Shown in pieces: positions 36,829-49,640 of a stretch of DNA of 64,000 nucleotides. The position numbers and the translations under genes were made by a program. The notes under the pieces were generated by a model. That model was not told the DNA's origin, searched no databases, and saw only the letters and a program-made list of their open reading frames with translations. Location: positions 58,344,001 through 58,408,000 of the forward strand of contig NC_086108.1 of NCBI RefSeq assembly GCF_963921235.1. Reading direction: 5' to 3'. Positions within the stretch are counted from its first letter, which is position 1, and every line of letters starts with the position of its first letter. This DNA is from Mobula hypostoma (Eukaryota).

Positions 36829-38847
36829 TCCACAAACCTGCTTGTCCAGGAAGACCCACTGTTTCAGTTTGCTCCTGCCCCACTGAACTCACAGGCATAC
36901 CTTGACTCTGTTTTATCCCCCCAGTTCAGTCCCTTCCCACCAACATCCATAACACCTCACATGCTCTTGATCTTTTCAAGGATTTAAAGTTCCCTGGCCT
37001 CCATCTTATTTGTATCATGGATGTCCAGTCCCTATACACCTCCATCCCCCACCAGGAAGGCCTCAAGACTCTCCATCTTTTTCTGGACACCAGACTTAAC
37101 CACTTCCTCTCCCCCATCACTCTCCTCTGCCTAGCGGAACATCCTTGCTCCAAATAATTTATTCTTTGGCTCCTCCCACTTCCTTCAAACAAAAGGGGTA
37201 GCCATGGGCACTCACATGGGTCTCAGCTATGCCTGCCTGGTTGTCGGCTACATGGAACAGTCTATGTTCCAAACCTACACTGCTGAATGACCCACACTTT
37301 TCCTACGCTACATCGACAACTGCATTGGTGCTGCTTCCTATACCCATGCTGAACTAGTCGATTTCATCCACTTTGCCTCCAGCTTCCACTGTGCCCTCAA
37401 ACTCACCTGGTCCATTTCTAATACCTCCCTTCACTTTCTCAATCTCACTGTCTCTATCTCCAGAGACAGCTTATCCACTTATGTCTATTAGAAACCCATG
37501 GACTCAGCTACCTGGACCATACCTCATTCCACCCTGCTACTTGTAAAAACTTCATCCCCTTCTCTCAATCCCTCCGTCTCCGCTGCATCGGCTCTCAGGA
37601 TTAGGCTTTTCATTCTAGAATGAAGGAGATGTCCTCCTTTTTCAAAGAAAGGTGCTTCCCTTCCTCCACCATCAACGCTGCCCTCAACTGCATCTCTTAC
37701 ATTTCACACATTCATAGCACTGTCTAATGTCCACAAGATTGACAAACCCGCTTGTCCAGGTAGACCCACTGTTTCATCTTGTTCCTGCCTCACTGAAGTC
37801 ACATCAGCATACATCCATTTCCATTGTTACCCACCCTCCCGCCACTCTACCAGAGATAGGGTTCCTCTTGTCCTCACCTACCACCCCATCAGTCTCCTTG
37901 GCCAGCATATAATTCTTCAAAACTTTAGTCACCTCCAACAGGATCTCACTATCAAGCATATCTTTCCCTCCCCCCCACCACTTTTTGCTTTCCACAGGGA
38001 TCACTCCCTACACGACTCCCTTGTTCATTCGTCCCTCCCCACCATCTCCCTCCTGACACTTATCCTTGCAAGCAGAACAAGTGCTACACATGTCCCTACA
38101 CCACCTCCCTCACTACCATTCAGGGCCCTAAACAGTCCTTCCAGGTGAGGCGACACTTCACCTGCAAGTCTGTTGGGGTCATTTACTGTATTTGGTGCTC
38201 CCGGTGTGGCCTCTGTATATCGGTGAGACCCGACGTAGACTGGGAGACGGCTTTGCCGAGCATCTACGCTCAGCCTGCCAGAAAAAGCGGGATCTCCCAG
38301 TGGCCACCCATTTTAATTCCACTTCCCATTCTGATATGTCCATCCATGGCCGCCTCCACTGTCATAATGAGGCCACACTTAGGTTGGAGGAGCAACACCT
38401 TATATTCCATTGGGGAGCCTCCAAATTGATGGCATGAACATCGATTTCTCAAACTTCCAGTAATGACCCCCCCACTCACCATTTCCCATCTCCCTTTCCC
38501 TCTCTCACCTTATCTCCTTGCCCACCCTTTGCCTCCCTCTGGTGCTCCTTAGCGTTTCCCCACAACTTTTCTTTCTTCTATGGTCTTCCATCTCTTTCAC
38601 CAAGACTTCCCAGCTCTTTGCTTCATCCCTTCCCCTCCAAGTCTCATCTATCACAGTGTTTCTCTCTCCCCTCCCCCCACCTTTAAAATCTACTCCTCAG
38701 CATTTTTTCTCCAGTTCTGCCAAAGGGTTTTGGCCCGAAACGTTGACTGTTCTTTTTTCCCCATAGATGCTGCCTAACCTGCTGAGTTCCTCCAGCATTG
38801 TGTGTGTTTGCTCAGATTTCCAGCATCTGCAGATTTTCCCTTGTTTG
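36829..38847 (+). mobile_element. Penelope-like retroelement (RT + GIY-YIG endonuclease), decayed, with a terminal hammerhead remnant
   Basis: MDVQSLYTSIP (~37018), GVAMGTHMG (~37195), LRYIDN (~37303), FTCKSVGVIYCIWCSRCG..YIGETRRRLGDGFAEH (~38150-38265); hammerhead-like motif at 38712-38749. Confidence 0.9.
38712..38749 (+). ncRNA. Decayed minimal type I hammerhead ribozyme motif
   Basis: CAGTT-CTGCCAA-A-GGGTTTTGGCCC-GAAAC-GTT-GACTG: stems I and II and GAAAC are retained, the CUGANGA box is mutated. Confidence 0.65.
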
Positions 38848-38897
38848 TAATGCTTATACCATTTTTATTAAGAAATTAGGACACATGACAAACATAC

Positions 38898-38964
38898 CTG
38901 ATGTTTATACCCTGTTTGTAAATTTTACAAGCATCTGAAGGCAGAATTCTGGAGAGTAAAGGCA
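38898..38964 (-). CDS. ANKRD13C: ANKRD13C coding exon
   Basis: tatag|TG ... AG|gtatgt. (V)PLLSRILPSDACKIYKQGINIR. Confidence 0.95.
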
Positions 38965-39310
38965 CTATAATATAGAAAAGATAAAACAAGAACAATGAAT
39001 CTAGCAACTGCTACACTTAAATTTTATATATACAATAATCAATAGTAACTGAAGAACAGTATGGTTTTCAGTCTCTTTAATTCATTGACAAACAGGTTAA
39101 GTAACAAAGAAAACAAAACATTAAATTTTAAAAACTCAAACAAAATTTTTACACGTTAATTAAATCAGCGTGATTGATCACCAATTGAGGCTTTAGGAAT
39201 TTGAGTATTTAAATTCTGCCTGAAAGTTGTGCTCACATTACACAAGCATAGCATTTAACACAAGGACCACCACTAAACCAGGACCATGACTCATGAGCAG
39301 CACTAACTAA

Positions 39311-41749
39311 GGCTACGTCCAAACTAGACCGGATAATTTTGAAAACACCGGTTTCGAGTAAAAACAACAGGCGTCCACACCAAGCGTTTTTCAAAATATC
39401 TCTGTCCATATTAGAACAGATATTTGGGCGAATTTCCTCCTACTGGGCATGCACAGAACACACAGAAAACAAGCAAAGAGGAAACAGTATACTTGGAGCG
39501 CGTTTGTCCAGTTACAGACTAGAAAAACTGTAAAGGAATTGCTGTTGGCTCTCGTGCAGGAGGACTTAAAACTAAAAAACAACAAATACTGGACTGTATG
39601 GAGGCAACCGACACGGCCAGTATGACCCGGCTGACGACGGACATTAAAAAACTGACTTACTCTGTTGCATTAATAAAGCACCTTGTTAAATGTATAAAAC
39701 ATGTCTGCATTATACCTTATGTATTTGGTTTCAATTCTGAAAATTTTTCGATCTTAATCAATTTGGGCTAGCAATTCCTATTTTAGGCAACATATTCTTT
39801 CCCCCCCCTCTTCTACGGACCGTGCCTTTCAAATTTGGAAGGCCAATGGTATATCACGGTTTTTGGATTTATTTTTAGATGGCTCCTTTATGTCTTTTGA
39901 ACAATTATCTAACAAATGTAACTTACCAAGAATACATTTTTTTTTAGATATCTCCAAGTTAGAAATTTCCTAAGTACCATACTTTCTTCTTTTCTGGCAT
40001 TACCCCCTACATATATTTTAGATACTGTAATTAACCTTAACCCATCTCAGAAAGGTGTAATGGCTATTATTTATAATACTATCATGAAACTTAGGAAAGC
40101 TCCATTCGATAAGATTAGGTCAGATTGGAAAAAGGAATTGGGCTTCACTATTTTGGCAGATGATTGGGCGCATATTTTACAACTAGTCAATACTTCCTCT
40201 ATCTGTTCCAAACATTCCCTAATTCAATTTAAAGTTGTTCATAGAGCACATACGTCTAAAGATAAATTAGCTCGTTTTTATTCTCATATTAACCCTCTTT
40301 GTGACAGATGTCATGGGGAGATAGCTTCCTTAACTCATATGTTTTGGTCCTGTCCTACTTTGAAAACTTTTCGGAAAGACATTTTTAATATTATCTCAAA
40401 GGTATTGAATACAGATATTTCTCCCCATCCTATTACTGCTATCTTTGGATTACCTAAAACTTCCAGTATTTTTTCCTCTTCAGCCTGTAGAATGATTGCA
40501 TTTCTTACTTTAAAGGCAAAAAGATGTATTTTACAACACTGGAAGGAGATTAATGCCCCAACTACGTTTTTTTGGTTTTCTCAGACGATACTATGTTTAA
40601 ATTTGGAAAAAATCAGAAGTAATCTTTATGATACTTCAGTTAAATTTGAACAGACCTGGAGATCTTTTATTCAACATTTTCATTTAATGTAACTTTTTTT
40701 TCTCTTTGACCATATTTACATTCCTTTCTTGGTTTTTAACTGTTTTTAATGGAGGTTGGGTTTGAGGATGTGATTGTTTTAAGTTGTTTAAGTCTACTTG
40801 ATACCTAGTTAGCCCATTGCTTTGCTTTGCTTTTTAGATTAGTTGCACGGTGGGGTTTTTTTTGGGGTCTTTTTTTGGGTTTTTTCTTCTCTTTATTGAT
40901 ATATATGGAAAATTAGTATACTATTATATTACCTCGTTATTTTATAACTAAACTGCACTGTTTGTACTACTGTTTTTGTGTATTAATATCTCTTGTAAAT
41001 TTATATCACAACAGTGTACTAGTTTCTACGTTTTAACTTTTGTGTACTAATTCAATAAAAAGATTTAAAAAGAAAAGAAAGGAAGAAAGAAAACATGTCT
41101 GCATCAGTGTTATCTTGTATTTCCATACAACGTTACATTAGGCTGTTACACAGCTATTGTCAGAGAAGTACTAGCATAAATAGGTAATCTACCTTCATAC
41201 GAGCAAGGACAGAAAACAGGGCAAAGTGAGTATACTTATTTATTCAGTAAGCTATGGGTCAAAGTATTTGGTGAGTACATTTATAACTCTTCTGGCTTCA
41301 GTCTCGTTGCCGTCCGTTCTGAAATTGTTAGGTTGTGTGGAGGGTTGCGTTCAAGAAAACAATGAAATGCCGCGCTGCCGCCATCTGTTCCAGCACGTCA
41401 TGACAGCGTATTTAAATAGTCAAAAAAGCTCACTTTACAATTTAACTCTCACGCCCTTCACACCAACTGCGCGTTATAACAGCCGTCCGACAGTGCTTGC
41501 GCAGTACCAAGCAGAAGCAGAAAAAGCATTGTTGTTGTGGTGTTGACATGACAGCGTTTCAAAATATCTCAGTTTACCCCATCCACACTACAACGCGCAA
41601 CAATCATTTTCAACTTTATACACTCTGGAGAGTGTTTTAGGAAAGCTCCGTTTTTGGGGGATGAAAATGCCGTTTCAATGTGGACGGAGGGTCAAAACAA
41701 AGAGAAAAATCTTTGTTTTCAAAATTATTCGGCATAGCGGGATGTGGCC
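39311..41749. mobile_element. PIF/Harbinger-type non-autonomous element (TAA TSD) split by an L1 insertion
   Basis: TAA|GGCTACGTCCAAACTA...ATAATTTTGAAAAC at the left; GTTTTCAAAATTAT...TAGCGGGATGTGGCC|TAA at the right. Confidence 0.8.
39711..41089 (+). mobile_element. 5'-truncated L1, same family as the full-length copy; 15-bp TSD AAAACATGTCTGCAT
   Basis: ORF 40060-40692 closely matches the C-terminus of ORF2 53068-56844 (CDRC..HMFWSC). AATAAA plus (AAAG)n tail; TSD at 39696-39710 and 41090-41104. Confidence 0.95.
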
Positions 41750-41951
41750 TAATGCAGCACCCATTTGAACGCTAGACCTAATCTGTTCCCGTACCTCCTG
41801 GCACTGCATTACATACTCCAACTTTACCAGAAACCTCCATTCCAAGTTCAAGTTCTCTGGCTCTTGGCCTTCCCATTAATTAGAACAGTTACTTTCTTTC
41901 CTGTCTGTCTATACTTCATTTGATCCCCTACTACCACCTGTATTCTTAGAA

Positions 41952-43225
41952 GAACAGAATCAGAATAAAGTTTATCACTGACACGTCATGAAATTTGTTG
42001 TTTTGCAGCAGCTCAGTGCAAGATATAAAATTATGATAAATCACAATAATCAAATAAATAAAGCACAAAAAGAACAGCGAAGTAGTGTTCACAGATTCAT
42101 TGACTGTTTAGAAATCTGATGGTGGAGAAGAAACCATTTCTAAAACATTGAGTGTGGGCTTTCAGCCTTCTGTACCTCTTCCTCAATAGTAGTTACAAGA
42201 AGGCAGCATGTCCCAGATGGTGAAGGCCCTTAATAATGGATGCCACTTTCTTGGACGTCTTGAAAAGACGATGCCTCTCGACCATGCTGAGAGCTCTATC
42301 CATGATGGAGCTGGCTTAATCGACAACCCTCTGTAACCTCTTGTGATCCGATCCTGCACATTGGAGCTTCCATAGCAGGCACTGACACAACCAGTTAGAA
42401 TTCTCTCCATGGTACGTCTGTAGAAATTTGTTAAAATCCTTGGTGACATACCTAACCACCTCAAACGCCTAATGAGGTCAGGCTGCTGGCATGCCTACTT
42501 TGCGATAGTATTAGTATTAGGTCCAGGATAGATCCTCTGAAGCCCAGGACCTTGAAGCTGCTCACCCTTTCCACTGCTACCACCTCAATATGAACTGGTG
42601 TGTGTTCTCCTAACCTCCCCTTCCTGAAGTCCACAATCAATTCCTTGGTCTTGTTGATGTGTCCAAGGTTGTTGAGGCACCACTTAACCAGCCAATTTAT
42701 CTCACTCCTGTACACCACTTCGATACCATCTGAGATTCTACCAACGTTAGACTGTTGACTGTCAATTTGCACTGACTGTGGTCTACCTAAAAGGAAATAA
42801 AATTGCAGTAAGGCATACAGAGGCCCTGGAATCGGAGCTTGTTGATAGGCTGTTGGTGTCGAACGCTGAGCTGTAATCAATAAATAATAGCTGAATACAC
42901 ATTTAGATGCTGCAAAGCTGAGTGAAGAACCAGAAAGATTAAGTCAACATAGACCTGTTGTAGTGGAAGGCAAATTGCTACGGATCTACATTCTTCCTTA
43001 AGCAGGAGTTAACCCTAGTTATGACCGATTCTTCAAAGCATTTCATCCCAGTAGGTGTGAGGTCTACCAGGCAACAGTCGATGAGGCAGTGCACCTTGCT
43101 CTTCTTGGGCACTGACATGACAGATGCCCTATTCAAGCAAGAGGAAACCTCAACTGCAAACAGAGGTTGAAAATGTCCATGAATATTCCGGCCAGCTGGT
43201 TGGCATAGGTTTTCAGTACCCTGCC
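41952..43225 (-). mobile_element. Decayed Rex1/Babar-type LINE
   Basis: KTKELIVDFRK..VERVSSFKVLG and LTNFYRRTMERILTGCVSACYG motifs; (ATTCTG)-type tail. Confidence 0.75.
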
Positions 43226-44587
43226 AGATAGATAGACAATGTTGTACCTTTAAGATGGGTTATTCAAGAAGAATAACCAGGGAACTACATGCTGATGAGC
43301 CCAACATCAGTGGTGGAAAAGTTACTCCAATAGATGGACATCATCTACCAGCACTTAAAAAGGCAAGGGCTGAATCTCTGATCAAGTTTCCCTTTAAGAG
43401 GTGTACTTTTAAACCATTCTAACAAACTGCTAATTTTATGATACCCTGAAGGATTCAGTGAACTCAATTCTCAGGATACAGGTGATGGAACTTTTAAGTG
43501 GATGAAAGTACAACTTTACGACTCTAAGTGAGACTGAAATGCTGAGGTGTAAAACCTCCTCTACCCAATATTTTGTTAGCAAATGTACAGTCACAGTAGG
43601 ATAAAATTGAGGACCAAATGGTAAGATTGCTGTAATGGAGCGAAACAAGGGATTGCTGCATTCTATGTTTCATGGAGGCATGGTTCACTCCGGCCAAGCC
43701 ACTTACGTCAGTAAGACCCAAGGGCTTCTCAATACACTGGATGGACTGGACTGCAGATTTGAAGAGGGCAAGAAGTAGGGGGTGTGTTTCATGATAAACT
43801 CTTTGTGGTGCTCAGACATAGTGGTCTTGTTGCACTCTTGTTCCTCCAACCTGGAACATCCAAAAGCCTGTTCTACTTACCAAGAGAGTTCTCCTCCGTG
43901 ATCCTGACTGCAGTTTACATACCACCAATGGTAAACAAGCTCAAGGTATTCAGTACAGTGGTAAGTAAACAAGAAACAGCCTACGCTGATACCGCTGATA
44001 GGCTTGTTTGAAGAAATCTCCGCCCAATTATTATCAGCGCAGCACAAGCAGTCCCAACCAACTTGATCACTGTTATACTACGATTAGGAACGCCTATCTA
44101 GATCCATCCCTAGATCACATACTGGGAAATCTAACAATCTGGCTGTCCACCTTTTATCTGTATACAGGCAAGGGATAAAGAGCAAGGCTCCAGAAGTAAG
44201 GACAACGAAGAAGTGTTCATGAGAGGAAGAACAGCAGCTATGGAACTGCTTTGAGTCACTGGACTGAGCCGTGTTCAAGGACTCAGACTCTGAACAAATA
44301 TGCCACTGTTGTCATAGACTTTATAAAGTCAGTCATGGACGAGTACATCCCCACAATATCATTTCGAGTCTTCCTCAACCAGAAGCCCTGGATAAACCAA
44401 GAATTTCAAAATCTCATGAAGGCTAGATCAGTGGTGTTCAGATCTGGTGACCAAGTAGAAGAGATTCAGGTACGACCTGCATAAAGCCATCTCACATGCA
44501 ATTCCGGACTAAACTGGAATCAGATGATGCTCAATGGCTGTGGCACAACTTGAATGCCATCACCTCCTCCAAAGTAAGACCAAGTGA

Positions 44588-45488
44588 CATCTTCCGGTTT
44601 AAGATGGCACTGGTGAAGCACAGCGACTTCCTGGCAGCAAACAACTATTACTTTATTAATCACAGCTTCTCAAAAATGATCACTGCAATCAATAGCCTGT
44701 AATGACCCTTTTGAAAAAGAGCTTTGGAACTGCCGGCAAGCCTGGCATTCTTGTGGTGTGAACTGAAGTCTTGAAGGTGCAAGATGGTTATGGCGTGGCG
44801 TGTATGGGTCGAATTGAGGCAACGGGGCCTAGGCCCAAGAGCAGGAAACAAGCCAATGTTTGACTGCTGGGGCAGACTTGGAGGCGATTGGAAGCAGCAG
44901 AACCAAGGTGAAGCAGAGTTGAGTCGGCAGAGCCCTGGCTTGAGAGAAAGGAACAAGTCAAGATATGACAGATTTAAGCATTAGGCCAAATTGGAAGGGT
45001 TGGGTATCGGTCAAATCGAGGCGGTGGGTCCCGATCGCGGTAGGGTATCAAAGCGGCAAGGCCCAGATCTGAGGGCAAGGGATGACCTGCTGTTTGGCTG
45101 ATTTAAGTGCTGAAGGAGGAGGAGGTCAGGGTGTTGTGGCCAGAGGCGAGGGATGGACCAGTGTACAGTTCACTGCTCCATGAGATTTATTTGTCTCTGC
45201 TGTAAACTGAGGCTGTGGCCTGCAACTAACTGACTCCTGGATCGACTGTAACTGGCTTCGTGGCTGTGGACCCACTTTTGTTAACTTCAATTCTGAATGT
45301 TATTTGCTTTCTTTTATAGTTTGCACTATTTGATTTTTCTCCCCTGTAAACTAGATGTTTGAAAGGATTTTTTTTTTAAAAATGGGTTCTATTGGGTTTC
45401 TTTATTTTGTGGCTGCCTGTAAGGAGATGAATCTCAAGGTTGTATATAGTCCACATTCTTTGATAATAAATGTACTTCAAACTTTGAT
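44588..45488 (+). mobile_element. Non-coding retroposon sharing the Rex/Babar 3' tail
   Basis: Head CTTCCGG..AAGATGGC (44591-44608); tail GTTGTATATAGT..TTTGATAATAAATGTACTTCAAACTTTGA resembles the host LINE tail. Confidence 0.6.
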
Positions 45489-46068
45489 ACGCGGTGGAAA
45501 GCACACTGACTGGTTGTATCAGGGCCTGGTAGGGAAACACCAATGCCCTTGAATGGAAAAGCCCACAAGTAGTACTGAATACAACCCAGTCCATCATGGG
45601 TAAAGCCCTCCCCACACTGAGCACATCTACAAGGAGTGCTGTTGCAGGAAAGCAGCATTCATCAAGAACCCCCACAACCCAGGCTATGCTCTCTTCTCAG
45701 AGCTACCATCAGGAAGGAGGAATAGGCGCCTCAGGACCCATATCACCAGGTTCAGGAACAGTTATAATATACCCCACAACCATCAGGCTCTCAAACCAAA
45801 GTGAATAATCTCACTCAACCTCAATCACACTATTACCAAACTGTTCTCACAGCCTATGAATTCAATTTCAATGACTCTTCATATCAGGTTCAAGATTTAT
45901 TGCTTATTTATTATTATCTTTACATTTTGCATTTGCGCAGTTTGTCGTCTTTGGCACACTGGTTGTCTGTCTTATGTGCAGTTTTTCATTGATTTTATTG
46001 CATTTTTTTGTATTTACTGTGAATTCCCACAAGAAAATAAATTTTAAAGTTGTATATGGTGACATACA

Positions 46069-46739
46069 GATAAATAGATAGACACTTCAATGATCCCAAA
46101 AGTAATTAGTGTCAGAGTAGTATTACAAGTGCACTGATATACAAACGTTAGAAGAGAAGAAAGAAATAATACAAAAAAAAGTTACACGTAACAGTCTGGG
46201 GTTATCACTTCCCTGGCTGCAGGTTGACTCATTATAGAGCCTAATGGACAAGGGTAAGAATGACCTCATATAGCACTCTTTGGAACAGCACAGTTGTCTT
46301 ACAAACGTAGTTTATTACTAAAAGTGCTCCTCTGTTAAGCCAAGGTGGCATGCAGAGGGTGAGAAACATTGCCAGGATTTTCCAGAGGGTCTTTTGAGCC
46401 TGTTGGCATAACCTGTGTTGATGTCATTGCCCCAACAGACCACCACATAGAAGATTGTACTGGCAACAACAGGCTGGTAGAACATGTGAAGGAGAGGCCT
46501 GCATACTCCAAAGGACCTCACTCTCCTCAGAAAGTAGTGGCGATTCTGGCCCTTCTTGTACACAGCCTCTGTGCTGATACTCCACTCAAGTGGGTTATCC
46601 AGATGCACCCCCAGGTACTTGAACGTCCTCATCATCAATAGTAACAGTGAGCAGTGCAGGCTTAGTCTTCCTAAAGTCCATCATCATCTCCTTTGTCTTC
46701 TGATGTTGAGCTGCAGATGGTTCAGCTTGCACCATTAGA
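46069..46739 (-). mobile_element. Rex1-type LINE 3' fragment nested in the Rex/Babar 3' UTR
   Basis: ORF 46318-46638 FKYLGVHLDNPLEWS..VYKKGQNRHYFLRRVRSFGV..FYQPVVAS; (TATC)n-like tail. Confidence 0.8.
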
Positions 46740-48087
46740 CAAAGTACATGTACTTTAATAATGAATTTACTTTGAACTTTGATTAGGGACAGTCATTATG
46801 GCTTTCATCACGAATTTGGTGTGTTTTTTTTAAAAAAAAGGGTGACCAAGATGATTGATGAAAGCAAGGTGGTAGATGCAACTACATGGACTTTCGCAAG
46901 TTTTGACAAGGTCCCACGTGATAGGTTGATCCGAATGTTAGATCACATGGGATCAGGGTAAGATGGCCAACTGGATATAAAATTGGCTTGCTGGAAGTCA
47001 AAGAGTTGGTGGAAGGTGACTTTTCAGATTGGAAGTCTGATCAGCAGTGTCCTGCAGGGTGTTGGGTTCACTGCAGCTCATCATCTATTAATGATTCTGG
47101 ATGAGAATGTAGGTGGCATGGTTAGGTGATTTGCAGATGACACTAAATTACTGGAATAGTGGGCAGTGAAGGTGGTTATTTAAGATTACAATGGGATCTA
47201 GATAAATTTGGAAAATGAGCTAAAGGAATGTTAGGTGGAATCTAACTTTGGCAAATGTGAAGTGTTGCTTTCTTACAAGAATAATAGGTTAAACCAGAAC
47301 CGGGCCCAATGCTATAGAACAGCTAGAACAAGGGGTATAAGTATACCAGGGTTACCAGGACTAGAGGGTTTGAATTACCTGAAGAGACTGAATACACTGG
47401 GGCTTTTCCCCCCATAGAGTGTAGAAGCATGAGGAGTAACCTTTGAGGTATATAAAAACATGAGGGGCATAGATAAACAACTGTCACATCTTTTTTTCAG
47501 GGCAGGGAATCTAAAACTAGAAGGCGTAAGTTTAAGATGAAAGGGGAAAAATTTAAGAAAACCCTGGGGAAACTTCCACGCAGGGTGATGGACATGTGGA
47601 ACATGCTACCAGAGGAAGTGCTAAAGGTGGATACAACTACATTTAAATGGCATTTAGAAAAGAACATGAATACAGCAAGTAAAAAGGATACTGGCCAAAC
47701 ATAGGCAACTAGCTTAGGTAGACAACTTGGTTGGTATAGATGAAGTGCCCATTTCCAAGTTGGGTATCTCAGTGATAATCTAGCTGCAGCTGAATATTAT
47801 ACTCCAGTAGCAACTGAACAATGCTTTGAAGATTTATCATGATCAGCTACTTTTAATTAACTGACTTGTTGTTTCCTTTTTTAAAAAAATGAAGCCAGGT
47901 ATCCTGCTGTTCGTTTTAATATTTGTTTCCTTTTTCAGAAATGTTTCCTCTATTGTATACTACCATTCATGATTTACTATTTAATATTTGCAAACTGCAA
48001 AACAAATATATTCCACACAATAATTCTAAGCATGTTAGAATATTAATAATACATTTTAAAAGTACAGAAAATATACAAATCACTTAC

Positions 48088-48133
48088 CCCAGCTTTGAAA
48101 ATCCCAGTGAAGCTCTAAGTAAAAATCTCCCAG
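48088..48133 (-). CDS. ANKRD13C: ANKRD13C 46-nt coding exon
   Basis: tttag|CTG ... G|gtaagt. LGDFYLELHWDFQSW(V); phases fit both neighbours. Confidence 0.94.
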
Positions 48134-48487
48134 CTAAAAGAGATAAAAGCAATGTTACCTGTTAAGTAACAAATTTATTATCTTTTTCATTTGTGAATAG
48201 GGGAAACTTAAGATTGCCTGCCGTCATTGTATGTCAATTTACTATCATGTTTTGAGCTATAGCATTCAATACGTTTATTTAGTAGTTCTCCAATTTGCAA
48301 ATTAAGAGTGCTCAGAAGCAACCTGAATCATGCCATTAATAACAATTAATTTACTAAGAAAGCAAAAGTACTGATAAAATTGCTCTACCAAAAACCAGCA
48401 AAGATTAGATTGTTGACATCTAATCACGTGCACCCTTCTTGTACCTTAATGATTCTAAAGCATTAGAATAGAGAGACAATAAAAGAT

Positions 48488-48590
48488 AAACAGAAAATAC
48501 TGCAGCATTCATCTGGTCTAACAGCATCTGTGGAAAGAGAAACAGTTGATAGTTCAGGTTCAAGACCCTTCATCATACCTGGGAGAAGTT
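48488..48590 (-). mobile_element. Old Penelope-like terminus with a heavily decayed hammerhead motif
   Basis: Minus strand 48543-48581: CAGGT-ATGATGA-A-GGGTCTTGAACCT-GAACT-ATC-AACTG. Confidence 0.5.
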
Positions 48591-48779
48591 TTTTTTAATA
48601 GCAGAGAAAGAGAAAGATGAGTAGAAAAAGGGAATATCTCCCAGTTGATTTCTTTTTTTGTTGCAAATGGCCTGACTGAGATACACCAACAAGTTATACT
48701 AACTGAGTGAAGTTAAACAGTGCAGTTTTAAAGGAGAAGCAAGACAGAAAGCTGGAGTAGGTAAACGAGTTTTTAAGTG

Positions 48780-49640
48780 GCATAACTTAAACTACACTGC
48801 TGTTCTCCATGTACACTCATGCCAGAATCTGTTCTAACTCCATCAACAAGATGATATCACTGTAGTGGTCTACATCTCAAATAATGACGGTTTGGAGTAC
48901 AGAAAGGAGATAAGAAAGTTTAGCAACATGGTGTCATGACAATAACCCTTGTCTCAATGTCAACAAAAGTGCTGGTCATTGACTTCAGAAAGGGAGTGGC
49001 GCACATAACCCAGTCTACATCAACAGTGTTAAGGTTTATGGGGTTGAGTGCTTCACGTTCTTAGGTGTGAATAATATCAATACCCTGCCCGGTCCAACCA
49101 TGTTGATGTCACAGCAAAAAATAACTTACTAACGTTCTGGATGCATAATGGCTTGAAATGGCAACTGCTCTGCATGCGTTCGCAAGGAACTGCAGAGTTG
49201 TGGATACAACTCAGCACATCACTAGAACCAGCTTTCTCCTCGATGGACTCTGTCTATAGTTCTTGCTGCCTCAGTAAAGCAGCCAGCATAATCAAGACAC
49301 CAAACCGAGACATTCTCTCTTCTTTCCTCTCTCATCAGGAAGAAGATACAAATGCCTGAAAGCACATACCATCAGACTCAAGGACAGCTCCTATTCCACT
49401 GTTATCAGATTCTCGAATGGACCTATTGTATAATAGTTGGACTCTTGGCCTCAATCTACCTCATGAACTTGCACTTTGTTTTCCTGCACTACGCTTTTAC
49501 AGTAACTTTTACACTTCACTCTGCATTGTTATTGTTATACCTTATTCTAGCTCAATGCACTGTATAATGAATTGATCTGTATAAGCAGTATGCAAGACAG
49601 GCTTTCACTGTACCTTGGTACATGAAATAATAAACCAATG
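48780..49640 (+). mobile_element. Decayed Rex/Babar-like LINE 3' part
   Basis: LVIDFRK-like segment and SCCLSKAASIIK motif; AATAATAAACCAAT end. Confidence 0.65.

Larger units (their letters stand above)
43375..46781 (+). mobile_element. Internally deleted Rex1/Babar-type LINE containing two younger insertions
   Basis: FYLPREFSSVILTAVYIPP, NQKPWIN, GKALPT and LPSGRR-type motifs; tail ACTTTAATAATGAATTTACTTTGAACTTTGA. Confidence 0.75.
43225..47775 (+). mobile_element. CR1 fragment split by a nested Rex/Babar cluster (~43375-46781)
   Basis: CR1 stops at AGGCAAGGGCTGA (~43373) and resumes at TTAGGGACAGTCATTATGGCTTT (~46783), followed by FDKVP and FADD-like remnants. Confidence 0.7.

Noticed and set aside
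36619..36833. N-terminal extension of ORF 36453-36833 as coding sequence
   Set aside because: ANKRD13C similarity starts at the AG acceptor (36618); the upstream part is open intron.
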